A stretch of 64,000 nt of DNA, taken from the NCBI GenBank assembly GCA_050575255.1, contig JBNZDD010013498.1:288392-352391 (forward strand), in the 5' to 3' direction. The notes beneath the pieces are model-generated. The model was not told where the DNA came from. It saw only the letters and a list, made by a program, of their open reading frames with translations, and did no database searches. A program made the translations under genes and the position numbers. Origin of the DNA: Harriotta raleighana. Lineage: Eukaryota. Positions 11,521-25,463 of the stretch are shown here, piece after piece (the first letter of the stretch is position 1; each line of letters begins with the position of its first letter).

Positions 11521-13109
11521 TAATCCAAGTATTGCAGCAAAACTGTTTTCCATTCTAGTTGTGCAGAGTTTTCTGTACCAGTCTCTGATATTTTTCACCC
11601 AATCATCTGGTTTGTAATGCTCAGCACTGTTAATACAGTCAATCCTCTGCCCAATTTCACCTGAAGACAGCAGCACAATTTAGAAGCCTAATCGCTTCTG
11701 TGTAAAATGGGTTTTGTTCAGTGTTCTCTATTGATTTTGTTCAGGTTGAATCTCGGAATGAATGATTTGCATGGGTTTGGGCACAAAGATTTGCAAATAA
11801 GTTATTTTCTTCTCTCTTCTACCACCTGCCACCCCTCCCCCCACCCCACCACGGTTCATAGAAATACAGACCAAAGCTCAACAATTCTTGACAAGTCAGT
11901 TGTGCAACTGTTAGAATTTCATTGCAGCGTGTCTTATGGTTCTGTAAATATAAATTTTGAGCGAATGGTGGATTAAAAACAATACTGTAGTACTTAGACT
12001 TGTGACTGCAGTACGTATTTGAATATCAGACTGTCCCATGTCTGCAACTTTGGCATTCTAATGTATCTTTAAGGCAATGTGATTCAATACAGACTTGCTG
12101 TCTTCTGTGAGTGTCCAGCTAAAATACTCAATCAAGAAAATAAAATTCCTCAGCTGTGAATAACGATTGTTCCCACGCACACACAGCACTCAGCGAGAGA
12201 ATTTCAACTGAACATGTAAAATAAGAGCGACAACGGAAAGGATTTCAAAATATTATGAATTTAAAGAGCTTCCAGCAAACTTTCAACTTATAAATTTATG
12301 TTACATTAAATCTAACGACTTCATTATGACAGGGTAGAGTGTGATTAATGCAAACAACTTGTGTTTCTGGTCTCTGGCTTCTTAAAAAACATGGTTTGAA
12401 AGGTTCCACAAAATCTTGCTCTATGTAATTTGCATGATGATCAATAGAATCTATTGAATACACGTTTGTGTTTGTTCATGTGCAACAGCGTTCAACACTG
12501 TACCATTGCAATCCAGTATTAAAATGATTAATAACCCACAGCAACAAAGATCCTCCACAAGCAAAACAAATTGCAGAAAAGATTTATTGAATTTTTGTCG
12601 CTCTAATAAACTTTCTTTACCATCTTTCAGTTGACTAGACTTTTACAGACTAATGCTCTCTGCTTGGCAGCTAGCCCAGGCTTTCTGATTATGGCTTATA
12701 TTTCAAATTGATTATCTCTTTGATTTACTTAAAGGATGCATAAAAGGTTTGAGATTAAGATGCAAGAGTTTTGCCCTAACAAAATCACGCACTATAGCAT
12801 TAAGACAGACACCATATCCACAGAATTTGATTTAAATCTGCTTCTAATCTCATTTAACCTCATACGTTCTGAAAGTGTGTTGCTGATGCAGGCAACCCAC
12901 CGAAAACAGCATTGTTAGCAGTTTCCACATTACAGGCACTTTTAATGATGTAAAATTCTGTGAGTGCAGCTCTGTTTGTCTACTTCTTACTTACCAGGTA
13001 AGAATGAGATTTAACCATCTTATAATTGCAAGATAAAATAGGATATACCTTATCTACCTCCAAGGCACATGCAAAAATTATAATAATTTCATAAATGATT
13101 AATGATATC

Positions 13110-14960
13110 TTAGTCCTCGGCTTTTAGGTTAGATTTTGTTTGCACTCCAGCTGTCAACATAAATTTTGAAAAGATGTGGAGAATCCACATTAGTGTACTT
13201 TCTATGAATATTTCCTGAGGGCCTTTAAGCTTGCCATGAACCTTACTGGCAGTACAAAAGGATTAAGCAACTTCAGTTTTTGTTTCACGAACAATTCAAA
13301 CCTTGTAAAATGTCACTCTTCCATTCATTCTTCAGATCACTGGAAGATTTGATGAGGTTTACCATGCGGTAATAGAGGGATGTTTCACTATTAACATAGC
13401 GGAAGTGTTTCAGCTCTAGTTTGTGATCTTATTCACATTCCACCTCCTTTCCCCTCGCCTACTCTGACTCTAGCTATTTCAGTCGATCTCACTCACTTCT
13501 CAGGACAATACTTATTCCACTACATTTCTACATGGCCCAAGGGGTTGGTCCAGGAAGCAACTTGTTGGTGTATGTTCTTACCATAAATTATTGGATCTCT
13601 GTTAGCTTCTCTAAAGGTTTTAACCATGGTATAGCTGCACTATACTATTGGTGCAGCTCTTTGAGGCATTGACACCAACTGTTCTGGGGGAGAGTAATTC
13701 TACTGATGCAAGCCGATTCTCTGCAGAATCAATGCAGATGAACCCATCGTCAGGAAGGCACAATGTCAGCAGAGAACGATGGCAAGAATAAAAGCCGTGA
13801 GCTTCATTGTGTCGAATGGCCACTGCGCCTCTCTGATTTCTTGTTTCAGCAGAATGTTACCAACCGAGCCAGGCTGAGAGTACAGTGCCATGCCTGCCTA
13901 TTTTGTGGACCCAATATCTCTTCACTCAAGGGCAATTAACAATTGGAGCAAGTTACCAAGGTGAGAGGAGGTGATTAGAATGCTGGACCGATTTAGGAAG
14001 CAATTTGATGTTGGAAGGATGAGATCAAATGGGTCAATTGACCCAAAAAGTGCACATGTGTGGAAAAAGAGCCATAATTTGTCTCTTGAAAATTATAACT
14101 AGTTGAACTGAGTTGCAGAACCTTGTTGAAGAATAAGTCTTGGCCAGTGTTGTCATTAAGAGGGGCACTTGATTAGAAATTGATTTTTCTGGGCAAGAAC
14201 TTGTATTGAACTTCTTTGTAATCTCCGGGATCTGCATAACCATTTCCACAGCTGGAAATGAAGCAGCTGCCAATAACCCACAATAAAGCCCAGACAAATT
14301 GCAAACAATTTGCATAGTTGTCACACCGCTGTTAATGTCAGCAGAGAACGATGGCCAAGAATAAAAGCCGTGAGCTTCATTGTGTCGAATGGTCACCCTT
14401 GCCAAAAAAAAACACACTTTATTTCTATTGGAAATACTTTTCTCACATGCACCAAGCACTGAAATGCATATTTCGGATTTAACAGAAAAGGGCTGAACTA
14501 TTATGTGAATGCCTTTGATCAGAATAATTTCTGCCTGGTAGGACATGGTCAGTTCTTTTTCTTTTGCCCCCGAGTTCTGCCAAAACTCTATCGGCACCAA
14601 GCATGATGGTTAGCACCAGTCTTGACCAAACTGCCATCTGTGCAAAATGTACGCTGGATTGACATTTGCTTTGATAGTTTCATCATCAACAAGGAAAAAG
14701 TACCTTGTAATGTATCTACTCAGCATCGCCCATAGATGGCCTGGGCAATCAGGAAATGAACTTGCAGCCTGTACTGTTTGGCACAGTATAATTGTACAGA
14801 AACTATTCAAGGTACTGGGAATGGAGATGCATGCTTGATTCATAAATGACCAGGAAAATGATGCCACAACAACATGACTGAACCAAACAAAGAAGCACCT
14901 AGCAATAAAGAGCTGGGAAGAATTCAGATGCGTTGCAAGGGATACTTGATAATGATTTGG
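13110..14960 (+). mobile_element. Highly decayed, interrupted RTE-clade LINE relic
   Basis: Frameshifted motif remnants in the expected order: GF/R, ILFALQL, EKMW, FLRAF (13117-13226); GTMSAEND (about 13755); FHH and LLSIAHRWPGQSGNEL (about 14680-14765); SWEEFRCVARD (about 14910-14945). A CR1 3' fragment is embedded at about 13915-14035. Confidence 0.45.
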
Positions 14961-14967
14961 TGAAGCC

Positions 14968-15282
14968 ATGATCTGGTGTGAAACTGAGCTATACAGAATC
15001 GCAAAGTCTCAGGAGTGTTGCTTGATCTGTGCATCTCAGATTGAATATCAGTAACACCCTGAGCTGAGGTAAGAGTTAAATCAATCTTCTCTTGTCCAGT
15101 CCTATATGAACATTCGGCAGGGAAGTATTTCCACTTAAATAATTGATGATTGTGTGTGTGAATGTCAGATTGTTTTCCTTCACCAATCTATTATAATACA
15201 GTTTTTGCTCCCTATTAATGTTCAGATTAACCTGACACTAAACGTTCACTCTTGAAAGGCACATGAACATTAACACTTGGCT
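14968..15282 (+). mobile_element. AmnSINE2-like ancient SINE, diverged
   Basis: gtgtgaaactgagctatacag head...gtgtgtgtgaatgtcag...cacatgaacattaacacttgg. Confidence 0.5.
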
Positions 15283-16044
15283 CTTGCCATCCATTCTCGA
15301 GGTCTTTGCTGAAGTTTGTTTGCTTTACAGTAAACCGGTAGGTGTGATATTGACTGTGAAGATTTTTGTTTAAGTAAAGCAATCCGATTGTTTTCAATCT
15401 AAACTGTTTGAGTAAACTTCGAATGGAACACGATCACATCCACATCAAAAGAAATCCATTCATACTTTGGTTCATTGCAAACGCAAAACAAACACGTGAA
15501 AATCCCTTACAAGGTACTTTGCTTGCAAAATATGCCAAGAACTGATGCATCTTGTATGGAAATTATTCTCATTTCAGCTTTGACTTGAGGTAAACTACAA
15601 CACCAGAATGTGCTTACAAACTCAGGCATCTCCCAAATCATTATCTTGTAGTGTGTAAGAGCAAGATATGGGATACGCTGAGTGAAAGGTTTTAGTGGTC
15701 ATGCAGAATTGGCTCCTTTTAGATTCTGTTATCAGTACCAACAAATGACTGGGAGGTCCGTTGCAATGTCAGAACACAGAAAATTGAATTGGATTGTTTT
15801 TTGTTTGTCCAGCTTCATGCACAGTTGGCATCTAATATTGGCTTCAAAAACATTTGCATAGGACACAAACTAAATCTCCTTCTTACGCGCTTCTTGCCGT
15901 GAATCTTAGGACAATTCTACCATACTGCCAGATTCTTCCAGTTGTCGAAACATCTGCCTTCCAACCTGACTTGAGTGAGACTGCAATTCAGAAGCACTTT
16001 GTGCTAAATTCCAATCTGTTCTGTGTGCTTCGAGAACTGTGACA

Positions 16045-16232
16045 AAAACAACAACAGCAACTTGCATTCATATAGTGCTCTTCATTGTGGCGGAGTCTGA
16101 GAAAAATGTCCCCATATCTTTTCTGTAGGACTCTTTCAAACCTCTGAGATGAAAGTGTGTCTTCTCTCAGATGATGTGGTCTTACTTCGAACCTTGGCAC
16201 TTAGGTGAAAGGGCAGCATGTGATGGTACTCC
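16045..16232 (-). mobile_element. Short SINE relic with LF-SINE-like tRNA head and L2-type tail
   Basis: Minus strand: gccctttcacctaagtgccaaggttcgaag...gagcactatatgaatgcaagttgctgttgttg. Confidence 0.55.
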
Positions 16233-18089
16233 ATGTCATTTCATCTTGTTTTAGACCTTTATAAGTCACGCTGTAACATCAACTTCAGTGTGCTGCAGTC
16301 TAGTTTTGTTTTAAGCTTGCAGAAATGCCTATTTGCTGTTGTTTTCTTTATGCTGAATGAAGCCTATTTTGCTTCTTTGCATTTGTTGGAATTAGTGTAC
16401 AGAAACTGGTATACTAAATAAGAGTATTGAGGTAATTCACTATCTCCAAATTTAACCATTGGATCTTGCTTTGTGTATACTTTCAACAATGACATTATTG
16501 AGAGTATTTGGGCAACATTTCACTTGTCAAAATACTTTAATCTCTTAACTTGGATAAGAGTGGTGGGGTGCTGTTCCAAACCGGCACTAGTCAAAATTAT
16601 TTATACAGGGAAACTTGTGAGCACATTGCCTGTATGACTTCTAACATCAGCGATCAACCTCTTCATTCATTTGGAACTCAATTGCAACCATTTATGATGC
16701 ATTTGCATGGGAACTCATCCGACTGAGAATTGTGAGGCTATTTTAGTGATCACTCATTTTGATCAAACTATTGCTTAAATTCTGACTGTGTTGCATACAA
16801 TAAAAATACATGATGTCCAATAAAAAGGTTCCCTTGTTGATTGCGAAACCCTTAATGTGAGCCATCTTTTTAATTGCACATTGTAGGTGCCCGACGGATT
16901 TCTTTACCATTTCCTTTGATTCCCATTGTTTTGTTTACTTGGTATTTCCTCATGTTAAAGTGGGTATTAAAGGAAAATGTCTGCCTCTGTCAGCACCAAG
17001 CAACCCATCTTCATCAGCATTACGTCTGTGCAACTGAATTGTGGTAGATTAAAGTCCAGAAGTATTGGGACTTTTATTTGGTCAGGCTCTCTTGTTTCTC
17101 GTGTGTGTGTGTGTGTTTTTACCAAAGCTCCCTTTACATTGATTTGTTGTGAATACTCGCTCATGGCAAACTAATACGCTTTAACTGAAAGAGAGAAGAC
17201 TTGCCCCTTAGGTCCCTTGTGGCAGCTCTCTGACCTCAGGATATCCATTTGATCAGCTGTATGATTGAGCAGTCGTAATAGAAATTATGTATGTATTTCT
17301 AGTTATAAACAAACATTTTAGCCTGCAGTTATGTTATCAACAATACTGCATGTTGGAGATTTCCTTTTGAATCTTTCCATCATGGCTTGTGTTTTGCAAA
17401 GATTAATTAATCATGTTGTGCAATGGAAATCTACCGGAATACTTCTCTGTTAGATAATGATATGTGACACAGACGTGACCCAATGAAAGATTCAGCCAGT
17501 CAAGTAAATTACTACAGGAATTCTAGCAGTGATCAGTTAGCATTCCACCTCTTCTCATTACTGCACAGGATGTGTAGAAGAAGAGATCTCACCTACTTCT
17601 TAATGGTAGCAATTGGTGCCTATCACTCTTCCGCAACAGTGAGTAATGACTCATTGTAAGATTATGACTATTTCCTGTTTTGATACCTGACATAAAGCAG
17701 AGGTACATACTTCAGTCAAACAGCCGTAAGAGAAAATGACTTAAAATTGACTTGTCTCTGCTGGCAATTGACTCCATGTCATGTACACCTACAATGCTGC
17801 TTTTCCGTTCGAGCAGATAGTTAAGTGTCCCATGGGGTAAACTAATTAACGCTCACATTTATTTTTGTAAGTCTTTGACAGCTGCAAAGATTAGCTACTT
17901 GGAAGGCAATACATCTGAACAGTAGCAAAGTGATTGGTACTATCTAAAATGTGCTCTAGATCGGTTCTGTGAAGAGTTAGATTCTTCGACTGGGGTTCAT
18001 AGAGTAATCAGTAAAACAAACCAGTGAACATTATTAGCATTTAGCATAACTAGCAAATGTTTGCAACACCCAAACATCCTGTTTTATAA

Positions 18090-18456
18090 TCTTAATCTTT
18101 GCATTAGATAGCGCGCCTTATCATACCATTAGGACGTCTCGGAGCGCTTCATGGGATTATACAGTGAAGTGGATTGATTATATTTTGTTGGTGAAATTCG
18201 GCAGCACAGCATTGTCCCACAATCAGGGTGTGGGTGACTAACTTGGGGATTGGTGGCCAGGAAACCAGGAGAAACTTGATTCTCTTTTCAAATAGTACCA
18301 AGGGCTCTTTAAAGTCCGCCTTAACAGGCAGACGGAACCTCGGTTTAATGCCTCATCCAAAGGACAGCACCTCCAACAATACACCTCCCTCCCCACCTCA
18401 GCACTGCATTCGAGTGTCACCTTAAACTATGTGCTTCTAAGCCCCAATGTGAGACT
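18090..18456 (-). mobile_element. Deu-domain SINE (SacSINE1/AmnSINE1-like)
   Basis: Minus strand: gcagtgctgagg...ggaggtgctgtcctttggatgaggcattaaaccgaggttccgtctgcctg...ggtactatttgaa...cctggcca, the Deu core, followed by an L2-type tail. Confidence 0.85.
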
Positions 18457-19794
18457 TTATATCTTGTAAGATGGAAGACATATAGACTTTAAATGAATAA
18501 TAATTAATGAATAAATTATTATTACTTTAATAAACTGTTCCAAGGGAAAGAGTGGGTGGGTCCCAAAGCAAGAACCAGCTGAGTATGAAATCATGATGGC
18601 ACAAATTGCAGAATTTATGAATTGAGCAGTTTTTAAGATTATCTGCTCACAAAGTGGGAGCATTTGTAAGATTGGGAGTGTAAAAGGATTTATAAATAGA
18701 AAATCCCGGGCATGTCACAGCTAACCCTCCAACATTGATTTCCCAGAAGTTAAAACTAAGATTGTTCAAGTCCATTTCTTCGCACTTTGATAGAAAAGAT
18801 AGAAAATGAAATGCATTGGAGGAAATTATTTTACTCATTTGGTGAATGTGAAGCCAACTGGCAACTTGGTAATGGCAAGTTTTACACGCCATGATTCCGT
18901 GTACATTTCAATCAATCCACATTGATTTCTTTGACATGCCTGCAAAAAACATTTCATTGGAAGTCGTTCTCAAATGCTCAAAGATGAGCAAATTGGACAG
19001 CAGCCAAATCAAAAGCTTGTCATGAAACCTTGACGCAAACTAATAGTCCTTTGGGTCTTGCCTTTCGAAATGAGCGCTCTGGAATGAGACACGGTCACCA
19101 GTTGTATGTTTTACTGACCCTCTTATTGGCTGTGTCATGTAGCCTATTGGGACACAAGAGGGAACAAACTCACTGTTATCTGATCCAACAGCAGAATCCA
19201 ATTTATTTGCTGTGAATGTGACACATCAAGAGCCAGTCTGGCCTTAACCTAACCTGAAATCAAAACCATCTGATGGTCTGCAATGGCACAGATCCATCTC
19301 TCTTCTGTAGAAATTTATTTTGCAATCTTCTTGCAGAATACCCAAAAATCTATCTTTTGGAAAAAAAATAATTTTGCTCTTTAATTTTTAAAAATTCCTC
19401 AGAATATAATATAACGGAATTGGATTTTTGAAATTTAATCTTAATCCAGTTTCTTCAAATAGTCATAGAAATCCTGAGGGAATTACTTTAGGTCATTTTA
19501 ACTCCAATTTGTGTCAGCAGTGGTTGCAAACAATAAAATATGTACATTTTTACAAAGACAACGAAGCATTCAGTGTTGCCAACTAAATTGTTAGAGAAGC
19601 TAATTGAATAGTGGGTCCAGGAAATTGAAAGCAACATTGAGGAAAGTGCTGACATATTTTCAAGCTAACAGAGAAAGTTCCTTCTGTCACTGATCCATCC
19701 TGTATCTGACCCGAGATCAAGATAATTAACATATGGTGATCCAAGGTTCCCCAATGGCTGTTTGAAAAGCACTGCATAGCATGAGCTCAGCAAC

Positions 19795-20012
19795 AGGGAC
19801 TTGGAAACTCTTGGATTTGTTATTGTTATAAGTGATGTCAGTGACCTTTCCTGAAAAAGTACTTGCACAGACATTGGGTGCTGCCCAGTTTGGGATCAGC
19901 CACAATGATCTAATATCAAATCACCTGTTAACTCTACCTATTCATGTATGAATAATGCGAGGGACAACGAGTGGAACTATACCCCAATGTTCAACAGAAC
20001 AGAAGAAGAAAT
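19795..20012 (+). mobile_element. AmnSINE2-like 3' fragment
   Basis: cagtgacctttcctgaaaaagt...gacattgggtg...gtggaactataccccaa. Confidence 0.45.
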
Positions 20013-20471
20013 GCCACCAAATATTCGATTCAGAAAGAGAGTTTAATGTTTTTTTTTGTAATTGTGATTGTGCTTTGATATCTGTTAAAAGCCAGAATTT
20101 TAGCCTATCTTTCAGATGCTGACAGATCTGCTGTTAATTTCCTTCAATTTGTGTTCTTATTTTACTGTTCATTGCCACATGAAATTGTACAGTTGAAGTT
20201 GATCATTTAGCAAAATCTTGACATGTTTAAAAATGAATATTCGTCTGATTTCAGGCACTGATAAGGATAAGAAAAATTGTCGTCTGACGCTCCAATGGTA
20301 TTTGTACGGAATCTTTTGTTGAAGTTGCTAAATTCGATAGCCCTTTTTTACACACTGAGTTCACAGAAGGTTTTGCCTAACTTCAGTGGAAGTTTTAAAT
20401 AAATCTATTCTAACCCAGTGGTTTAAATTTTCATAGGGTTCTGAATATTATAAAGTGAGATCAATAATTGA

Positions 20472-20575
20472 GAAACAAAAACAAAAATGGCTGGGCACTC
20501 TCAACAAGTCAGGCAGCATCTATGGAGAAAGGAAAAGTGAGTCAACGTTTTGGGTCCAAGACCCTTCTTCAGAAC
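20472..20575 (-). mobile_element. Penelope-like element terminal fragment with decayed hammerhead ribozyme
   Basis: Minus strand: CTGAAGA-A-GGGTC-TTG-GACCC-AAAACGTTG followed by ...catagatgctgcctgacttgttgag; homologous to 55337-55472. Confidence 0.7.
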
Positions 20576-23500
20576 GGACAGTAATTGAGTCGGGGTTTAA
20601 TTCCTGCTCTGGTGCTCAATTTTGAGTATCTATTTTCTCTGCATGAGACAAGACTCTTTGTAGAGAGTTGATTTAGATTGCGCCCAGAAGAATTGCAAGT
20701 TTCACTTTTTTGTGTGTTAAATTCATACCCAACGTCTACCAATGTCCAATTGTAACTGCTCAGGCAAGGCAGGGGATTCATAAGATGGTGAAATGTACAG
20801 TATATCCATGATATCCTATGTTACTTGGCTGGGGCCAGCCATGCTTTAATAGGAGTCTATGTCCTCCAGTTATATATTCTTGCACGCTTCATTTCTGTGA
20901 AGACAATTCCAATAAAACGTAAGGGGTGCAGATCCACCTGCTGCGGGCAATCTCAACCTAGTTGGTAAAAATCCCTTGCACTTGGTTCTGAACAGAATAT
21001 AACTGGTCGTGTGCAAGCTGTGGTGATAATCGTGCTATGTGTCTCATGGCTTTGACTTCAGTTCTCCCTGGAGATGCTAGAATTATGATTAAGAATGTTA
21101 TACTACCATGTAGTGGATATAGATTTATCTGTAATTAACTGTGGATTCTCAATAAACCTGCAGTAATAATGTTACAATCATTTAATCCCTGGAATGATGG
21201 TCCTCTTTACTCATCAACTGTATTCATTGAATTAAGATGCCATTGGTCACCCATACTCAGCACAAATATGGACCAAACTGAACCAAATTGCAGATGGAAG
21301 AATTAAAGCAAAATTTTAACAATATTTACTATACCAGGGATTGATTTCAAACACGAGGCCAAGAATAGACTGTTGAAACACGGGCTTGCAGTTGATCCTG
21401 TCCATGTTTGAATCGCTTGCTGCTGTTTTTAAACTGTGAAAGCTTCTACATTGGCTTCCAAATAAAACCATTTGCGTGCTTTCTTAATGGAATTCTTGAA
21501 TAAGGAACCCTTTCTGACCTGCAGGAACTCCACTCCCACGAAATCCAGTCTGGGAGTAGAGTTCCCACAGATTGATTGAGATTCCTTGAATCCTGCTTTT
21601 TGCCTTTTTTCAAAAATAAATACCGAAAGTTAGACCCCAAAATAATCAAACACCTAGTTCCTGCTTGTGATTATACTACAACAATTTTTTTATCATGCCA
21701 TTGGAACCCATTTTCACGTCTAGCTACATACGCTGAAATTGTGTGAGGGACAATGCGTAAATAAGCAATTCAATGTATAAATTTTTTCTGTGCTTGTTGG
21801 GAAAGGAATATTATAATGAAAATGACCCAGAATAATTTCTCGTTATCACACTCAATGATACTGTGTAACCTCTGAAATTACATGCATTATTTATGTCTCC
21901 TTTATTAATAAAATATACAAACTGCCTCTCGATAGCAAACTCATCAATCCAGTTTTGCATGGATCCCAAAGGGAATATAATAGAGAAGGGTTCTTGATTT
22001 GCCACCACTATTAAATTAACTTTGCTCCATTTTGTTACTTAGCAAATAAGAGTGTCAAATGTTTGCATAAGAGATTATTTCTCTTTCATCAATCATAATA
22101 ATGCAATTATCATAATTCATATTACAGTGCCTCCATAAAGGCCAACTTGTATCTGCACATTGTACAATGTTTTATTGCGTAGAATTACTATTATTGCTAG
22201 CATTATAGCATTAGAAAGCATGTACACACCTGCAGGTAATACTATTGATATCACAGAATTTGAAATGAGGTGGTGCAGTAAGATAGAACTGTTATTTTCA
22301 CCTCAGTGTCCGAGTCTTGAATCAAGCAAAGACAAACAAGCTTAAAGTCTCTTGTTTGATTCTAAGGGTTTGCCATGAAATGTGTGTGAGTGGTTTCTAC
22401 CTGGTTTTGAATGACTACTCCACAACAAACAATACTCATAGTTTACCATTGGATTGTGGGTCTCATTCAGAGAAGCTATAATAATTGTATTGATGATGGT
22501 GATATTGTCACAGGTATAATTGGGCTGCTTTTCTGAAGGGAACATTCGATAAGCTTTTTGCCCCAGTTGCATTGTATTTTTCCAATTCTTCTCAGATCCA
22601 CACTCACATTATTCTGCCCATGATTCCCAGGTAGGAACCTACTTAGTAAAACTGTGCGAATGTCTGCACAAATCTCTTTTCTTTTGTATACCCTTTCTTG
22701 TGAGAAACATCTAGCCTCTTGCTGGGTATGTTCCCTCGTGTTGGCATGAATGTGAGCTTCCCTGATGAGGAATAGTGGCCACGAACCTCTAAGACAGCAC
22801 TCCATTGGTGCAGTATGCTTTTACTTCAGTAGATTAAAAGGGAGTATTTCCTTCCCCATCTTTCAGCTCTTGTAAATAGCTCTTGGCACCTATTTCTAAA
22901 CCATCTCATTCATTAGAGTTGAAAAGCTGTATCTCCTGCTAATGTTACCAGACCTCTTCATTGTTTATTAAAAAAAATGCTTTCAACTATTTAAAATCTA
23001 ATTGTATTTGGTGGCAATTGAGATCTGAGCACAGTAAGACATATATAAATACTTATTGACTGAATGTCAACGCAAACTTCTCAACTACACTTTAGTTACT
23101 AGTAATTATTAATAAGGACTGGAAAGCATTTGCCAAGGAGTATTTATTACCTCTCAGTGAATGTAAATCAATGATTCTATAGCATTACACTCTGCCATGG
23201 TTTCAGGATATTTTTCACAAAGGGTGGCGGAAGCAAATTGCAGCCTGTGTAACATGTAAAAATGATCTATTGGCCTTGGCTTCAGATACAGGATTGTGCA
23301 TTGATTTGGGATTGCAATATATTCAAGTGCTATAGACCTAAATTGGCTTTGTTACCCCTAAAAGCCGACTTTTTAACCTCAAACAAAACATCAATTCTTC
23401 TAAATGCAGTACAATTCAGCAATTTATCCACACATTTCATAGCATTTACATAATCATATTTAGATACTGTAAATAACTTGCATCTCACAGTTTATTGGAT

Positions 23501-23899
23501 GTTTCTATTAGGAGGCATCAATTTTAGAAGAATATGTTACTCTGATCCTTTCAGTCTCTATGTAGATTCTCACACTTTTTTATTCTCTCAAATCTAAATA
23601 GGTTAACAGGACCTCAGTTCAATTTTCCATTCAAAAGGCAACATGTCTTACAATGCTTAGAGCTTAAACCCACAAACTTATTCATGAGTAAGCAATATAC
23701 TCCGAGCAATATACACACAGCACCATGTAGAAACGTAATGCTCACTGAGGTGGCAATGTGAATGTTTCATAAATTATAGTACTGTAGTTTGATTAATAGT
23801 TCTTTATTCTCCTGCAGCTATTTCCGTCCTGGAATTCCTATTGCATGTTCATGGCACAATCTTATGTATTTATCATTATTATATATTTTTTGAATCATC

Positions 23900-24015
23900 T
23901 TGGAGTGCTTCACAGGCAACTACTGTTGAAGGTTTGTTGCAGGCAAATGCACCACTCATTTTTTTCCCAGCAAGATCCCACAAACAGCCACAAAGTGAAA
24001 CAGCAATTAATCTGA
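23900..24015 (-). mobile_element. Deu-SINE 3' fragment
   Basis: cagcaagatcccacaaacagc is the reverse complement of gctgtttgtgggatcttgctg; a similar fragment lies at about 24870-24960. Confidence 0.55.
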
Positions 24016-25463
24016 AAGATTGTTAACCAGGCAAATTTATATTTGAAAATAGTAGAACAACTAATTAAAACTGGTCTGCTTCAGAGCTGTTTTATTTTAG
24101 TGGAGTGCGACTGCCTGTTGTGCTTTCAGCTCATAATCCTTTGGGTTATAATTTTAAATCTTTTAAAATGAACAAAGAATCTCCAACTGCTCTGGTATGG
24201 GAGCTCTAAGCATGCCATAAACCACGTTGCGTGGTTACATGTTCAACATGTGTATACTTTAATGTCAGAGCAACCCAAATGGGAAAACATCTGCGAAGTA
24301 TTACTGTTTATTACAATTTATGAACCTTTGGCCAATTATGTTATGAGCCAATAATTAAATATAGTTAAGTGGCATTCCCACCAGTTGTGTATGTTGACAC
24401 AACACCAGCAGAGTTTTATATTAGTCCATTGCAAATAGCTTTTGGAAGATGCCGAAGCGTTTGACTTCAATAAACATACTGGGTATTACAAGGTGTGAAC
24501 AGCCAAAGGATGCGATGAACCTATTTTGTGGCTGGCGCTGCTGGTTTACATCTGATGTAGCAGATGTATTTACACAAGAAACCACTGAGCTGAAATGGGT
24601 CACCTATCATTCTAGTATATAAAGTGATTTGATGAGGATTATTGTGTCAGAAGCAGACAAACTCATAGCTAAAATATTCCATTCACAGCATCCTTTCAAG
24701 CAGTGGTTGCTCTTAATATTTCTATGAACCATATGTTTATGTATATAATAAGCCTTGTACTTTATATAGAGCCTTAAGTTATTGAAATGTCTGAAAGGCT
24801 TCACAGGATTTTACTATGAAGAATAGGTACTCTGTAGTAAACTTCATAGTAACCACAGCAGCCAATGTATCCACAGCAATGTCCCACAAACAGCCATGAA
24901 GTGAATGACCCAACTTTATATGGGGGAATTGTTGGCCAGGTCACCAGTTCTATTCCTAACTCAAAAAATAAGGGAGATTTGCAGGTCATAAAAAAAAAAT
25001 TGAGAAAAGCTCAAAAATAAATTGAATTAAAATCTCTTTAAATTAATTGAAAGACATTGTTTTTGTTTCTTTAGCGAGAGATGTAATTTGATATCGCAAG
25101 GTCGACACTTTCTATCTTTTTATATTCCTCTCTTACAGAAATTGTTCAAAAATTATGGGTTCAATTACTTGCGTTAACAGCTCCTAAGAAATAGAATTAC
25201 TGATGATCTCAACTATCAACGGAAAGCAATCAGAAAGAGAACTATAGAAACAGATGTGATTACAAACAAATCTTTGCCTTTCATTCATCAATGCCTTGTG
25301 ATAGTCTAAGCCATTATGAAAAAGGGGTTTAGTGAGATGTGTCTCCCGATGCCCTTGTCAACAATCCCAGATAAAAATGCAGATTATATATCCTGGCTGT
25401 CTGTGGAATGCTAGGTCAGTGCTTTGGGAGGCCCTTTTGATGTGAAAGGCATTATACTAATGT

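Noticed and set aside
14034-14600. Longest ORF (188 aa, minus strand)
   Set aside because: No recognisable domain; it runs antisense to decayed LINE sequence and starts at a non-ATG codon.
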